64,000 nt of DNA from positions 4,621 to 68,620 of the IMG/VR virus record IMGVR_UViG_3300017743_000004; one strand, 5' to 3'. Made by a program: the position numbers and the translations under genes. Below, piece by piece: positions 18,108-27,740 of this stretch (its first letter is position 1; each line of letters opens with the position of its first letter). The notes below the pieces were generated by a model that worked only from the letters and a program-made list of their open reading frames with translations, had not been told where the DNA came from and did not search any database. The DNA comes from a virus.

Positions 18108-19472
18108 ATGGCAGAAAAACTAGTAATCGTAGGAGCAGGTGTAGCAGGTGTAAACGCAGCTACCAAACTCGTAGACAATGGCTATCCCGGTGAAAACATC
18201 ACCATCATTGATATGGGAAAATCCCCATATGAAAGAAAACCCGAAGAAGTAATGACAGGCTTCCTTGGAGCAGGTGGTTGGAGCGATGGTAAACTTACTT
18301 ACCATACAGCAATCGGAGGTCATATGTCTAAGTATTGTGGAGAGGATAAGGCAATGGAATTGTTTGATGAGGTAATCAACAACTTTAAACGTTTCCACCC
18401 TAAACCAGAGGAAGTACAATGTTCAGACCCTCAAGCAGAACCAGATTTTATTAAACCATATTTTGGTTTACGTTTATTCCCTGTGTGGCACGTTGGTACA
18501 GATTATCTACATGAGATTGGTAAAAATTGGTATGATTATCTAGTTGATAAAGGTGTTAAATTCGAATGGGAGACTAAAGTAACTGCAATTGATTTTGAAG
18601 ATCAAATTGTATCTATAGGAACCGTAGATGAAATTGAATATGATCGCCTAATGTTTGCCGTCGGTAAATCAGGTATCGATTTTGGTAAACAACTAGCGGA
18701 CGATTATTCATTCCCTACTGAACCTAAACCAGTTCAAATAGGAGTACGATTTGAAGCCCCACAAAAACACTTTCAAAAACTAATCGATATTTCATACGAT
18801 TTTAAATTGTATCGTAAATTCGAAGATAAAGGAGTTTCCCTTCGTTCATTCTGTACAAACAACAATGCTGCTTATGTTGCCCTTGAAGAAACATATGGGG
18901 ATTATTCGTACAACGGACATGCTAAAAAAGGAGAAGATTACAGAAACGATATGACCAATTTTGGTATCTTGATGGAAATTAATGGTATTGAAGAACCATT
19001 CAAATGGTCAAGAGAGCTAGTTTCTAAAGTACAAAAACATTCTGTAGTTCCTGGTGAAGGGTATGGTGGAAACAAAGCTCAAGGACGTCACCAAGCCAAA
19101 TACAAAGCAGGTCTGTATTATACCCCTGATAGTGAAAAATGGAAATCTAAAACCTCAGAAGGGGATTGGGTTAAAGCACATTATATTAATGAAAATGGTT
19201 TACAACAAGTTAAAGATCATTTCCAAGGTTACTATTCATACATTGATGATTTTATCGAGGATATGAAAAAAGTATTCCCTACACTTGGGGATGATTGGGG
19301 CGTTTATATTCCCGAGGTAAAATATCTCTCCCCAGAACCACTTGTAGACTATAGCAACCTAGCACTTGAACAATTTGACAATGTGCACTTCGTAGGAGAT
19401 GCTCTATCTGCTCGTGGTATTACAGTTTCCGGAGCACAAGGAATTTATGTTGCGGAAGGGTTGTTATCCTGA
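18108..19472 (+). CDS. FAD-dependent oxidoreductase
   Basis: IVGAGVAG Rossmann motif; GFLGAGGWSDGKL; IGVRFE; SFCTN; C-terminal FVGD...RGITVSG. Confidence 0.85.
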   Translation: MAEKLVIVGAGVAGVNAATKLVDNGYPGENITIIDMGKSPYERKPEEVMTGFLGAGGWSDGKLTYHTAIGGHMSKYCGEDKAMELFDEVINNFKRFHPKPEEVQCSDPQAEPDFIKPYFGLRLFPVWHVGTDYLHEIGKNWYDYLVDKGVKFEWETKVTAIDFEDQIVSIGTVDEIEYDRLMFAVGKSGIDFGKQLADDYSFPTEPKPVQIGVRFEAPQKHFQKLIDISYDFKLYRKFEDKGVSLRSFCTNNNAAYVALEETYGDYSYNGHAKKGEDYRNDMTNFGILMEINGIEEPFKWSRELVSKVQKHSVVPGEGYGGNKAQGRHQAKYKAGLYYTPDSEKWKSKTSEGDWVKAHYINENGLQQVKDHFQGYYSYIDDFIEDMKKVFPTLGDDWGVYIPEVKYLSPEPLVDYSNLALEQFDNVHFVGDALSARGITVSGAQGIYVAEGLLS

Positions 19473-19489
19473 GGAATTTTTCGTATATT
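19461..19489 (+). promoter_or_regulatory. putative early promoter TTGTTA-N17-TATATT
   Basis: 17-nt spacing; ATG at 19508. Confidence 0.55.
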
Positions 19490-19507
19490 CACATAAAATA
19501 AAATCAA

Positions 19508-19801
19508 ATGGCTAAAAGGCAAAAAGCTTACGAATACAAAACAATTAATTCAAGAGGTGCTCATATGTCCTTGTTTAGAGAATTGGGTAGTGAAAGTTGG
19601 AAGCTCCATTCATGGGATGGTCCTGCAGTTAAAATCCATGATAGGGATCATATTGACTCAACATTCTCAAAAAATGAATACCATTTGTATGGACGTTTTT
19701 TGGAAAAGGAACAATGGCAAGAACGTAAATCACAACGTGAAGGTATTCCATTCTACAAGAATCCATCTATGAAACATCTAATCTCTGATTACAGAAACTA
19801 A
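19508..19801 (+). CDS. hypothetical protein
   Basis: LHSWDGPAV...EYHLYG resembles a common phage repeat-type motif. Confidence 0.6.
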   Translation: MAKRQKAYEYKTINSRGAHMSLFRELGSESWKLHSWDGPAVKIHDRDHIDSTFSKNEYHLYGRFLEKEQWQERKSQREGIPFYKNPSMKHLISDYRN

Positions 19802-20337
19802 TGAGGATAGGATTAACAGGTACAATGTCCGTTGGAAAAACAACTCTGGTGAATCAACTTATTGGTTTGCCGGAGTTGGACGGCTATATCAAACGTACAG
19901 AGCGTTCTAAGTATTTGATGGAAATGGGAATTCCATTGAACACAGATTCGACATTAAAAGGTCAAACTGTATTTTTAGCAGAACGTGCTAGCGAGCTAAT
20001 GCAAGATAAAATTCTTACAGATAGAACTGTAATTGATGTAATGGCGTTTGCATTTTTATCTCAATCAATGACAAACAAGGAGAAAAAACATTTCCTTAAA
20101 CTAGCATCTAAACTCATCCCAGAATATGATGTTATTGTATATTTGTCTCCAAACGGAATTCCTATTGAAGATAATTCTGTAAGAGAAACAAATCCATTCT
20201 ATAGAAATCAAGTTGACTCTGTTATCAGATCATTTCTTCAAGAACATAGAAGCAAAATTAACTCACTTGTAAAATTAGAGAATCCTAATAATAGACTATT
20301 AGAATTTAAAGAGAGGATAGTTTGGGAGAGAATGTGA
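19801..20337 (+). CDS. NadR/AAA_28-like P-loop nucleoside or nucleotide kinase
   Basis: IGLTGTMSVGKTTL, TDRTVID, IEDNSVR. Confidence 0.8.
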   Translation: MRIGLTGTMSVGKTTLVNQLIGLPELDGYIKRTERSKYLMEMGIPLNTDSTLKGQTVFLAERASELMQDKILTDRTVIDVMAFAFLSQSMTNKEKKHFLKLASKLIPEYDVIVYLSPNGIPIEDNSVRETNPFYRNQVDSVIRSFLQEHRSKINSLVKLENPNNRLLEFKERIVWERM

Positions 20338-20344
20338 TATTTAT
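20337..20344 (+). promoter_or_regulatory. putative late promoter core ATATTTAT
   Basis: Overlaps TGA; ATG at 20363. Confidence 0.65.
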
Positions 20345-20362
20345 AATCAAAACCTTTATCTA

Positions 20363-20683
20363 ATGAAAATATCTGAACTTAGAAAACTTATCAAAGAAGA
20401 AATTCTTAAAGAAATGGCTGTTAATGAAATGGCTAAAATTCAAGGTGAATTAAAAACCGCAATTGAAAAAGTCATTGACGGAAATGAAGATCTTACTGGA
20501 TTGGAACTTAAAAAGAAAATCAGAGGAAACGAAAAAGTAAAAGATATTCTTGATAAGAATGATGAAGATCTTTTTGATAATCAACTTAATAGATTTATTA
20601 AAGAAAAAAAGGGCGAATTAGAGCTTAAAAAGAGAGGTAGAAAGAAAGGAGGTAAAAATAAGCCGAAGGATGAAAAAAAGTGA
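20363..20683 (+). CDS. probable head-internal basic protein
   Basis: Leader MKISELRKLIKEEI; KKRGRKK tail. Confidence 0.6.
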   Translation: MKISELRKLIKEEILKEMAVNEMAKIQGELKTAIEKVIDGNEDLTGLELKKKIRGNEKVKDILDKNDEDLFDNQLNRFIKEKKGELELKKRGRKKGGKNKPKDEKK

Positions 20684-20982
20684 TTTAAAATCCTATATTA
20701 GGGAAAATATCATCGAAATTCTTTCTGAGGAAGAAGAGGAAACAGAAGGTACAATTAAAGCTAAAGCTGACGCTTACAGAGATTTAGCGAATGCTAAAAA
20801 AGAAGCAGGTATTGAGGAAGAGGTGTCTCCTACTATTCGTCAAAAAAAAGGAGACCCAACGCCTCCTAAACGCTGCTTTAAAAAAGTATAAAAAAGCTGA
20901 GTCTGAAGAAGACAAGGAAAAGTTTTTAAAGAGAATAAAACGATACACCACTATCCAAAATGAGTTGGAAAGAATCAAATAG
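20670..20982 (+). CDS. probable single gene split by a +1 shift at an A8 run
   Basis: Leader DLKSYIRENI in 20670 frame; after A8 at 20842-20849 the plausible coiled-coil continues in the +1 frame (ETQRLLNAALKK...). Confidence 0.5.
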
Positions 20983-21526
20983 AATAATTGTTTTTCTATT
21001 AGGTGTAGCAGGTGGGTTTTTTTTAGTAGATAAATGTAGCGCACCCACTGTTATAACTAATACAGAGATTGAATATAAGTGGGATACCATACAAACAGAG
21101 GTATCCCATTATGTTCCTAAACCTGTCCCTTATCCTGTTGAGGTAGTAAGATGGGATACATTTAAAACTTCTATAGATACTGCCTTTATTTTAAAGGATT
21201 ATTTCTCTAAAATATTTTATAGAGATTCTATAGTTCAAGATTCTGTCTCTATCATTATCGAGGACACTGTCACTCGAAACCGAATTGTATCTCGTTACCT
21301 AAATTATACCCTAAGGTACCCAACTAAAATTGTTACAAACGAAGTATATGTTCCTAAAAACGAGTACTTTTATGGAGCACAACTTGTATCAGGGAGGGAA
21401 GGATTTGCGTATATAGGCCCTGAACTTAGTTTAAAAACAAAAACAAATAATTTATATCAATTTGGGATAGGAATAAATAACCAATTAGCTCCTGTTATAT
21501 CCCTTTCTATTAACTGGAAGTTTTAA
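20960..21526 (+). CDS. membrane-anchored exported protein, candidate spanin
   Basis: N-terminal TM ending in Cys; repeated D-[ST]-hydrophobic; C-terminal amphipathic beta strands ending in F. Confidence 0.5.
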   Translation: MSWKESNRIIVFLLGVAGGFFLVDKCSAPTVITNTEIEYKWDTIQTEVSHYVPKPVPYPVEVVRWDTFKTSIDTAFILKDYFSKIFYRDSIVQDSVSIIIEDTVTRNRIVSRYLNYTLRYPTKIVTNEVYVPKNEYFYGAQLVSGREGFAYIGPELSLKTKTNNLYQFGIGINNQLAPVISLSINWKF

Positions 21527-23109
21527 TGGCCCAAGAGAATATTAAAAAAATAATTGCCGCTGAATATATAAAATGTGCAAAAGATCCTGTATATTTTATG
21601 CGCAAGTATTGTTATATTCAACACCCACAAAGAGGTAGAATCTTATTCCATTTATTCCCATTCCAGGAAAAAGTATTAGATTTATTTCAAAATCATAATT
21701 ACTCAATTATAAACAAATCCCGTCAGTTAGGTATCTCTACTTTATCTGCAGGATATTCTTTATGGTTAATGTTATTCCATAAGGACAAAAACATTCTTTG
21801 TATAGCTACAAAACAGGAAACAGCTAAAAACATGGTAAACAAGGTAAAGTTTATGTATGATAACTTACCTTCCTGGTTAAGAGTAGACTTTGCAGAAAAT
21901 AACCGTTTAAATTTAAGATTAACAAACGGGTCTCAAATTAAAGCAACATCAGCATCTTCAGATGCAGGTAGATCAGAAGCCGTTTCTTTACTACTAATTG
22001 ATGAGGCTGCCTTCATTGAAAATATTGGTGAGATATGGGCTTCAGCTCAACAAACCCTAGCTACAGGTGGTGGGTGTATTGCCATTTCAACCCCTTATGG
22101 AACCGGAAATTGGTTTCATCAAACATGGGTTAGAGCAGAACAACAAGACAACGAGTTTATCCCCATCCGTTTACCTTGGTATGTCCACCCCGAACGAGAT
22201 GAAGATTGGAGAAAAAATCAAGATAAATTACTAGGAGACCCTAAAATAGCATCCCAAGAGTGTGATTGTGATTTTAACACCTCTGGTGATACTGTTTTTT
22301 CAGGGGAAATGATAGAATTTTATTCTGAAACATCACAAAAAGATCCTCTTGAAAAAAGAGGAGCAGATCAAAATCTTTGGGTATGGGAACCTGTAGACTA
22401 CTCTAGGGATTATATGGTAGTAGCAGACGTAGCTAGAGGTGATAGTAAAGACTTTTCAGCATTCCATGTAATAGATGTTGAATCAAACACCCAGGTAGCT
22501 GAATACCGTGGACAATTATCAACTAAAGAATTTGGACATTTACTAGTGGGTATTGCTTCTGAATACAATGAAGCTTTACTAGTAATAGAAAATGCTAATA
22601 TTGGATGGGCTGTTTTACAGGTAGTAATAGATAGAGGATATAGAAACATTTATCAATCACCTAAAAGTGGAGATATAACATCCGATTCGTATTTTGACCA
22701 ATATAATAACAACTCGGCCTTAGTGCCTGGTTTTATAATGTCATTAAGAACTCGTCCTTTGGTGATACAAAAATTTAACGAGTATTTTATTGATAAATCA
22801 GTAACAATTAATTCAAAAAGATTGTTACAAGAAATGAGAGTGTTTGTATGGAAATCGGGTAGAGCGGAAGCTCAACAAGGTTATAATGATGATTTAGTTA
22901 TGAGTTTTGCAATTGCAATGTATATGAGAGACACAGCATTTAAATTTAAACAACAAGGTTTGGATTTAACTAAGGCTGCCTTAAATAATATTACTACAAA
23001 CAAAACAAATTATAATTTTGCTTATAACCCTAACAAGTATAGTAACGTTCCTAATCCATATGAAATCAAAACAAAGGATGGAAACGAATCAATAGACTGG
23101 TTATTATAA
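21526..23109 (+). CDS. terminase large subunit (T4 gp17-like)
   Basis: CAKDPVYF, KSRQLG Walker A, LLIDEAAF Walker B, ISTPYG, ADVARG, DDLVMS nuclease motifs. Confidence 0.95.
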   Translation: MAQENIKKIIAAEYIKCAKDPVYFMRKYCYIQHPQRGRILFHLFPFQEKVLDLFQNHNYSIINKSRQLGISTLSAGYSLWLMLFHKDKNILCIATKQETAKNMVNKVKFMYDNLPSWLRVDFAENNRLNLRLTNGSQIKATSASSDAGRSEAVSLLLIDEAAFIENIGEIWASAQQTLATGGGCIAISTPYGTGNWFHQTWVRAEQQDNEFIPIRLPWYVHPERDEDWRKNQDKLLGDPKIASQECDCDFNTSGDTVFSGEMIEFYSETSQKDPLEKRGADQNLWVWEPVDYSRDYMVVADVARGDSKDFSAFHVIDVESNTQVAEYRGQLSTKEFGHLLVGIASEYNEALLVIENANIGWAVLQVVIDRGYRNIYQSPKSGDITSDSYFDQYNNNSALVPGFIMSLRTRPLVIQKFNEYFIDKSVTINSKRLLQEMRVFVWKSGRAEAQQGYNDDLVMSFAIAMYMRDTAFKFKQQGLDLTKAALNNITTNKTNYNFAYNPNKYSNVPNPYEIKTKDGNESIDWLL

Positions 23110-23116
23110 TATTTAT
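23109..23116 (+). promoter_or_regulatory. putative late promoter core ATATTTAT
   Basis: Overlaps TAA; only 5 nt before portal ATG. Confidence 0.65.
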
Positions 23117-23121
23117 AAGAT

Positions 23122-24984
23122 ATGGCTCAGAAGGACCTTTTTTCAAGATTACAAAGACTATTCTCTACTGATGTAGTAATCCGTAATGTAGGCGGTAACC
23201 TCAAAGTAGTAGATACAGATCATATTCAGACCTCAGGTGAATATGCTACGAATTCCTTAATGGATAGGTATTCAAGATTATATAAAAACCCTGCAGCAAC
23301 CTCTTTATATGGTCAACAATTTAATCTTAATTATCAGTATCTAAGACCACAAATTTATTCTGATTATGATGCTATGGACCAAGATGCTATTATTGCATCT
23401 GCCCTAGATATCATATCAGATGAATCTACCCTCCAGAATGAAATGGGTGAGGTATTAAGAATTAGATCTAGTGATGATTCACTACAAAAGATCCTATATA
23501 ATTTATTTTATGATGTTTTAAACATTGAATTTAATCTTTGGAGTTGGATTCGCCAAATGTGTAAGTATGGTGATTTCTTCTTAAAACTAGAAATCTCAGA
23601 AAAATTTGGTGTTTATAATGTCATCCCATATTCTGCTTTCCATATTGAAAGAAAAGAAAATTTTGATATTGAAAACCCATCAAAAGTAGAATTTTTATAT
23701 AACCCCCAAGGAAATTATGGTGGTGGGTCAGGGTATACTTACACACCTAACCAAGAAGAAAAAAATAGAATTGTATTTGATAACTACGAGATGGTTCACT
23801 TTAGATTATTAACTGATCTAAATTATCTCCCTTATGGTAGATCCTATATTGAACCCGCTCGTAGACTATTTAAACAATATACTTTAATGGAGGATGCTAT
23901 GTTAATTCATAGAATTGTTCGTGCTCCTGAAAAACGTATTTTTTACGTAAATGTAGGTGGTATCCCACCAAACGAGGTAGAGCAGTTTATGCAAAAAACT
24001 ATCTCAACTATGAAGCGTACTCCTCACGTTGATCAAGAAACTGGGGAATATAACTTAAAGTATAATATGCAAAACCTATTGGAAGACTTTTATATTCCAA
24101 TTAGGGGAAATGATACAACTACAAAAATTGATACTACTAAAGGTTTAGATTACGATGGTATCCAAGACGTAGAATATTTAAGAGATAAATTATTTGCTGC
24201 TTTAAAAGTACCTAAAGCATTCTTAGGGTACGATGAAAATGTAGAAGGTAAAGCAACATTAGCAGCAGAAGATATTAGGTTCGCTCGTACAATCGATAGA
24301 ATCCAAAGAATTATAGTTTCCGAATTATATAAAATAGCCTTCATTCACCTCTACACCCAGGGATATGATGAGGATTCATTGACAAATTTTGAACTTTCAT
24401 TAAATACTCCTTCAATCATTTATGATCAGGAGAGAATTGCATTAATGAAAGAAAAGGTAGAATTAGCTTCATCTATGATGGAGAATAATTTATTACCTAC
24501 TGATTGGATTTACGATAACATATTCCACTTATCAGAAAATGAATTTAACGAATATAGAGATCTGATTGTACAAGATGCTAAACGTAAGTTTAGATTAAAT
24601 CAGATTGAAAGTGAAGGTAACGATCCTGTTACAACAGGTAAATCATATGGTACACCACACGATTTAGCCTCTTTATATGGTAAGGGAAGGTACGAAGACA
24701 ATTCAGTACCTGATGGGTATGACGAAAAAGAATCTCTAGGTAGACCTAAAGAAAAAGTCACTAAAAGAAATACCCAAGACGATAACTTTGGTAAGGATAG
24801 AATTGGTAGCAAAGGCAACAAAGTTGACGACCAACCAGATGCAAATTTAAACTTTAAAGGGGGTTCTCCACTCGCTTTAGAAGTTTTAGAAAAAAATAGA
24901 TCATTAATAGAATCCCTAAAAACTAGAAATAATAAAAAATCTAACGGTGATTCATTGCTAGATGAATCTCAAATTAGGGAATAA
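23122..24984 (+). CDS. portal protein (T4 gp20-like)
   Basis: MEDAMLIHRIVRAPEKRIFYVNVG, LEDFYIP.RG, YLRDKLFAALKVP, RF...I.R.Q. Confidence 0.95.
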   Translation: MAQKDLFSRLQRLFSTDVVIRNVGGNLKVVDTDHIQTSGEYATNSLMDRYSRLYKNPAATSLYGQQFNLNYQYLRPQIYSDYDAMDQDAIIASALDIISDESTLQNEMGEVLRIRSSDDSLQKILYNLFYDVLNIEFNLWSWIRQMCKYGDFFLKLEISEKFGVYNVIPYSAFHIERKENFDIENPSKVEFLYNPQGNYGGGSGYTYTPNQEEKNRIVFDNYEMVHFRLLTDLNYLPYGRSYIEPARRLFKQYTLMEDAMLIHRIVRAPEKRIFYVNVGGIPPNEVEQFMQKTISTMKRTPHVDQETGEYNLKYNMQNLLEDFYIPIRGNDTTTKIDTTKGLDYDGIQDVEYLRDKLFAALKVPKAFLGYDENVEGKATLAAEDIRFARTIDRIQRIIVSELYKIAFIHLYTQGYDEDSLTNFELSLNTPSIIYDQERIALMKEKVELASSMMENNLLPTDWIYDNIFHLSENEFNEYRDLIVQDAKRKFRLNQIESEGNDPVTTGKSYGTPHDLASLYGKGRYEDNSVPDGYDEKESLGRPKEKVTKRNTQDDNFGKDRIGSKGNKVDDQPDANLNFKGGSPLALEVLEKNRSLIESLKTRNNKKSNGDSLLDESQIRE

Positions 24985-24991
24985 TATTTAT
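24984..24991 (+). promoter_or_regulatory. putative late promoter core ATATTTAT
   Basis: Overlaps TAA; ATG at 25005. Confidence 0.65.
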
Positions 24992-25004
24992 AACAAACTG
25001 GAAA

Positions 25005-25877
25005 ATGTCAATAAAGCATTCAAAATATAAGAATACGGGTATTTTATTTGAACTTTTAGTAAGAAGGGTTACAGCTGATACCCTCAACGAAAAGGAATCC
25101 CCCGCATTAAAATTAATTAAAAAATATTTTTCTAAAACAGAATTATCTAAGGAGTTAAAACTTTACGAATCTGTATCTAAATCAAACGGGATATCAGAAA
25201 ACCAAGCTAACTCTTTAATTCAAACTTTATTAGAAAATTCTAAAAGACTAAATAGAAAAACTTTAAAGTCTGAAAAGTATAACTTAATTTCTGAGATTAA
25301 GGGTTTTTATAATCTAGATGAGTTTTTTAAAACTAAACTTCCTAATTATAAAACATTTTCCTCATTCTTTACACTTTTGGAAATTTACAACACCAATCTC
25401 TATATCAACCCAGATGAGATTGTTAAAAACAAACAAACCCTTCTAGAACAAATTTGTAAAGCAAATATCTCTGAAAATTCAGTTAAAGAAAACTTAGTAA
25501 ATGAGTTTCAAACATACGATAAAGATTTAAGATTACTTACTTATAAACTCTTATTAGAAAAATTTAACACCAAGTACTCTAACCTTAATAGATATCAGAA
25601 ACAAATCTTAAAAGAATTTATTACCTCTGTAGATTCTACTCCTAAGTTAAGAGAAATTTATAATTTAAGATCTTCTCAATTAAAAGCAATTTTAGAAACA
25701 TTTAATAAAAAAATTACAGATAATGTAATTAAAATTAAATTGAATGAAGTTGTGTCTTTATTAGAAGTTAAAACTAATAAATGTTCTGTTAAATCAAATG
25801 ATATTTTTAATTTACTTCAATATTTTGAATTAATTGAAGAATTAAATAAAATTCATGGACCTAAGAGATCGAATTAA
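25005..25877 (+). CDS. head-assembly region helical protein
   Basis: KHSKYKNTGILFELL start; sits between portal and protease. Confidence 0.6.
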   Translation: MSIKHSKYKNTGILFELLVRRVTADTLNEKESPALKLIKKYFSKTELSKELKLYESVSKSNGISENQANSLIQTLLENSKRLNRKTLKSEKYNLISEIKGFYNLDEFFKTKLPNYKTFSSFFTLLEIYNTNLYINPDEIVKNKQTLLEQICKANISENSVKENLVNEFQTYDKDLRLLTYKLLLEKFNTKYSNLNRYQKQILKEFITSVDSTPKLREIYNLRSSQLKAILETFNKKITDNVIKIKLNEVVSLLEVKTNKCSVKSNDIFNLLQYFELIEELNKIHGPKRSN

Positions 25878-26100
25878 AGAAATAATAAAAAATAGATTCC
25901 TTACCAAAGAAATCTCTACAACAGGTACAGGCGCTACTTTTACCCCGGGCACGGGCGAACAATATGCAACCCCCAAAGCATTTAGAAAAAAAGGTACTAA
26001 ACCTGTAATATATTACTATAAATTAGGCTTTAAACCCGTTAACAAAACAAAGTTACGCAAAGCAGCGAAGGGAATAGAAGTAGTCGATATTTATAAGTAA
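25855..26100 (+). CDS. small prohead-core-like protein
   Basis: Leader LRDRIKEIIK; LTKE then ISTTG...YATPKAF. Confidence 0.55.
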   Translation: MDLRDRIKEIIKNRFLTKEISTTGTGATFTPGTGEQYATPKAFRKKGTKPVIYYYKLGFKPVNKTKLRKAAKGIEVVDIYK

Positions 26101-26336
26101 TGGGCTACGGCTATAAATTAAAGGAAAACCAAGATCCTAAACAATTCCAACAAGAGAGAATTGAAGGATTTGAAAAAATTAGTGATAGAATGTTTGAGAT
26201 TGCCTCTCTATTAAGAAAAGCAAAATTAAACACTAAACAATTTTATGAGGAAAATCCTGACTCATATAATGTTGTATACGGAACAGATTTGATTCAGGAC
26301 TATTTAGAAGATATAACTACATTACTAAACAAATGA
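26100..26336 (+). CDS. hypothetical protein
   Basis: Coupled by TAATG overlap; preceded by ATATTTAT at 26087-26094. Confidence 0.6.
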   Translation: MGYGYKLKENQDPKQFQQERIEGFEKISDRMFEIASLLRKAKLNTKQFYEENPDSYNVVYGTDLIQDYLEDITTLLNK

Positions 26337-27166
26337 AAACAATTCAAGAACATTACATAGCTTTAAAAGAGGGAAAAACCTCTAAATCTTATTTTCATAA
26401 GTTAGCTAAATCATTATTTCCACATTTGGTATCTAACCAAAATTCATTTAATGATTCTCTTAAAATCTTAAAAAATAGAGGTATTATTACTGAAGAGGTT
26501 AAAGCCGTAGAGAAAAAAACATCTAAAGATGTAATGGATGTTCAGGCTAAGCAATACAACTATCAAGATAAAAACAATATTGATACTGTATATGGGGCTG
26601 AATTTTTAAAGGGATTTTATGCGGAAATTAAAGACCCTGCTAATAAAGATAAAACCCCAGATGATATTAAAGAAATTGTTAGAAAAAATTTAACTAAATC
26701 TGCTACTCATTATACAGAAAATTCCGCTTTTGGAATCAAGGGTATCGGATATGGTAAAGCAGAACAACCTAAAGAAGTAACAGGTAAATATAAGTCTTCA
26801 GGATATGGTGATTTGAAAGAATCTAAAGTTCCTACAATGACTGAACTTTTACTTGAAGGTAAAAAGAAAACAAATTCAGTAGAAGATAAATTATCCGAAA
26901 TTGAAGAGAGTGGTGCAATCGTTACTTTAGAAACTCAAATCGAGGCTGTAGAAGAAATGATTGAAACAAAATGTCAAAGATTAGAAATGATCTCCGAAGA
27001 CGATAACCTATCAGAGTTAGTAGATCCAAAGAGAATTAAGGAACTGCAAAAGGAAATTAAGATCTTAGAAAAGAGAAAAGCCAAAATGCAGAAAATGTAC
27101 GAAAAACTAACCGGAAAGGCTAAGAAAAAACAAATCGTAGATGAAACAAATACTGATAGAGACTAA
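26333..27166 (+). CDS. probable prohead core protein
   Basis: Multiple [LI]xE sites and C-terminal coiled coil, immediately upstream of the protease. Confidence 0.55.
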   Translation: MKTIQEHYIALKEGKTSKSYFHKLAKSLFPHLVSNQNSFNDSLKILKNRGIITEEVKAVEKKTSKDVMDVQAKQYNYQDKNNIDTVYGAEFLKGFYAEIKDPANKDKTPDDIKEIVRKNLTKSATHYTENSAFGIKGIGYGKAEQPKEVTGKYKSSGYGDLKESKVPTMTELLLEGKKKTNSVEDKLSEIEESGAIVTLETQIEAVEEMIETKCQRLEMISEDDNLSELVDPKRIKELQKEIKILEKRKAKMQKMYEKLTGKAKKKQIVDETNTDRD

Positions 27167-27737
27167 TATCTTTAAACCTACTGTTTCTATCAATGAAGGT
27201 AAAACCTCATCTGATGGAAATTTACTAGTACAAGGTATCCTTTCTACAGCCGAAAAACAAAACGGCAATGGTAGAGAGTATCCAATGGAAATCCTTGAAA
27301 GAGAAATTAATAAATACATGGAGGTAGTTAAGGAAAACAGAGCATTAGGTGAGTTAGATCACCCTGATTCTCAAGTTGTTAACCTTAAAAACGTATCCCA
27401 TAAAATCAACGATATGAAATTCGTTGGAAAAAAAGTAATGGGCACTATTGAAATTTTACCTACCCCATCCGGAAATATTTTAAAAGCACTATTTGCAAGC
27501 AACGTTCCTGTAGGAATTTCTTCTCGTGGGATGGGCTCTCTAAAACAAGTAGGAGAAGTAATGGAGGTGCAAGACGATTTCGAACTCTTATGTTATGATT
27601 TTGTCTCTACCCCTTCTAACCCAGGATCCTACATGAGTCCTTTAAACGAATCTCTTACTGAATCCAATATTTATAATAAAACCAATTCTATCATTACAGA
27701 TATTTTATGCTCTAACGATAGATGTCCAATTTACTAA
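27141..27737 (+). CDS. prohead core protease (T4 gp21-like)
   Basis: NGNGREYP, ALGELDHP, VSH, GISSRGMGS, YDFVSTPS. Confidence 0.95.
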   Translation: MKQILIETNIFKPTVSINEGKTSSDGNLLVQGILSTAEKQNGNGREYPMEILEREINKYMEVVKENRALGELDHPDSQVVNLKNVSHKINDMKFVGKKVMGTIEILPTPSGNILKALFASNVPVGISSRGMGSLKQVGEVMEVQDDFELLCYDFVSTPSNPGSYMSPLNESLTESNIYNKTNSIITDILCSNDRCPIY

Positions 27738-27740
27738 AAT

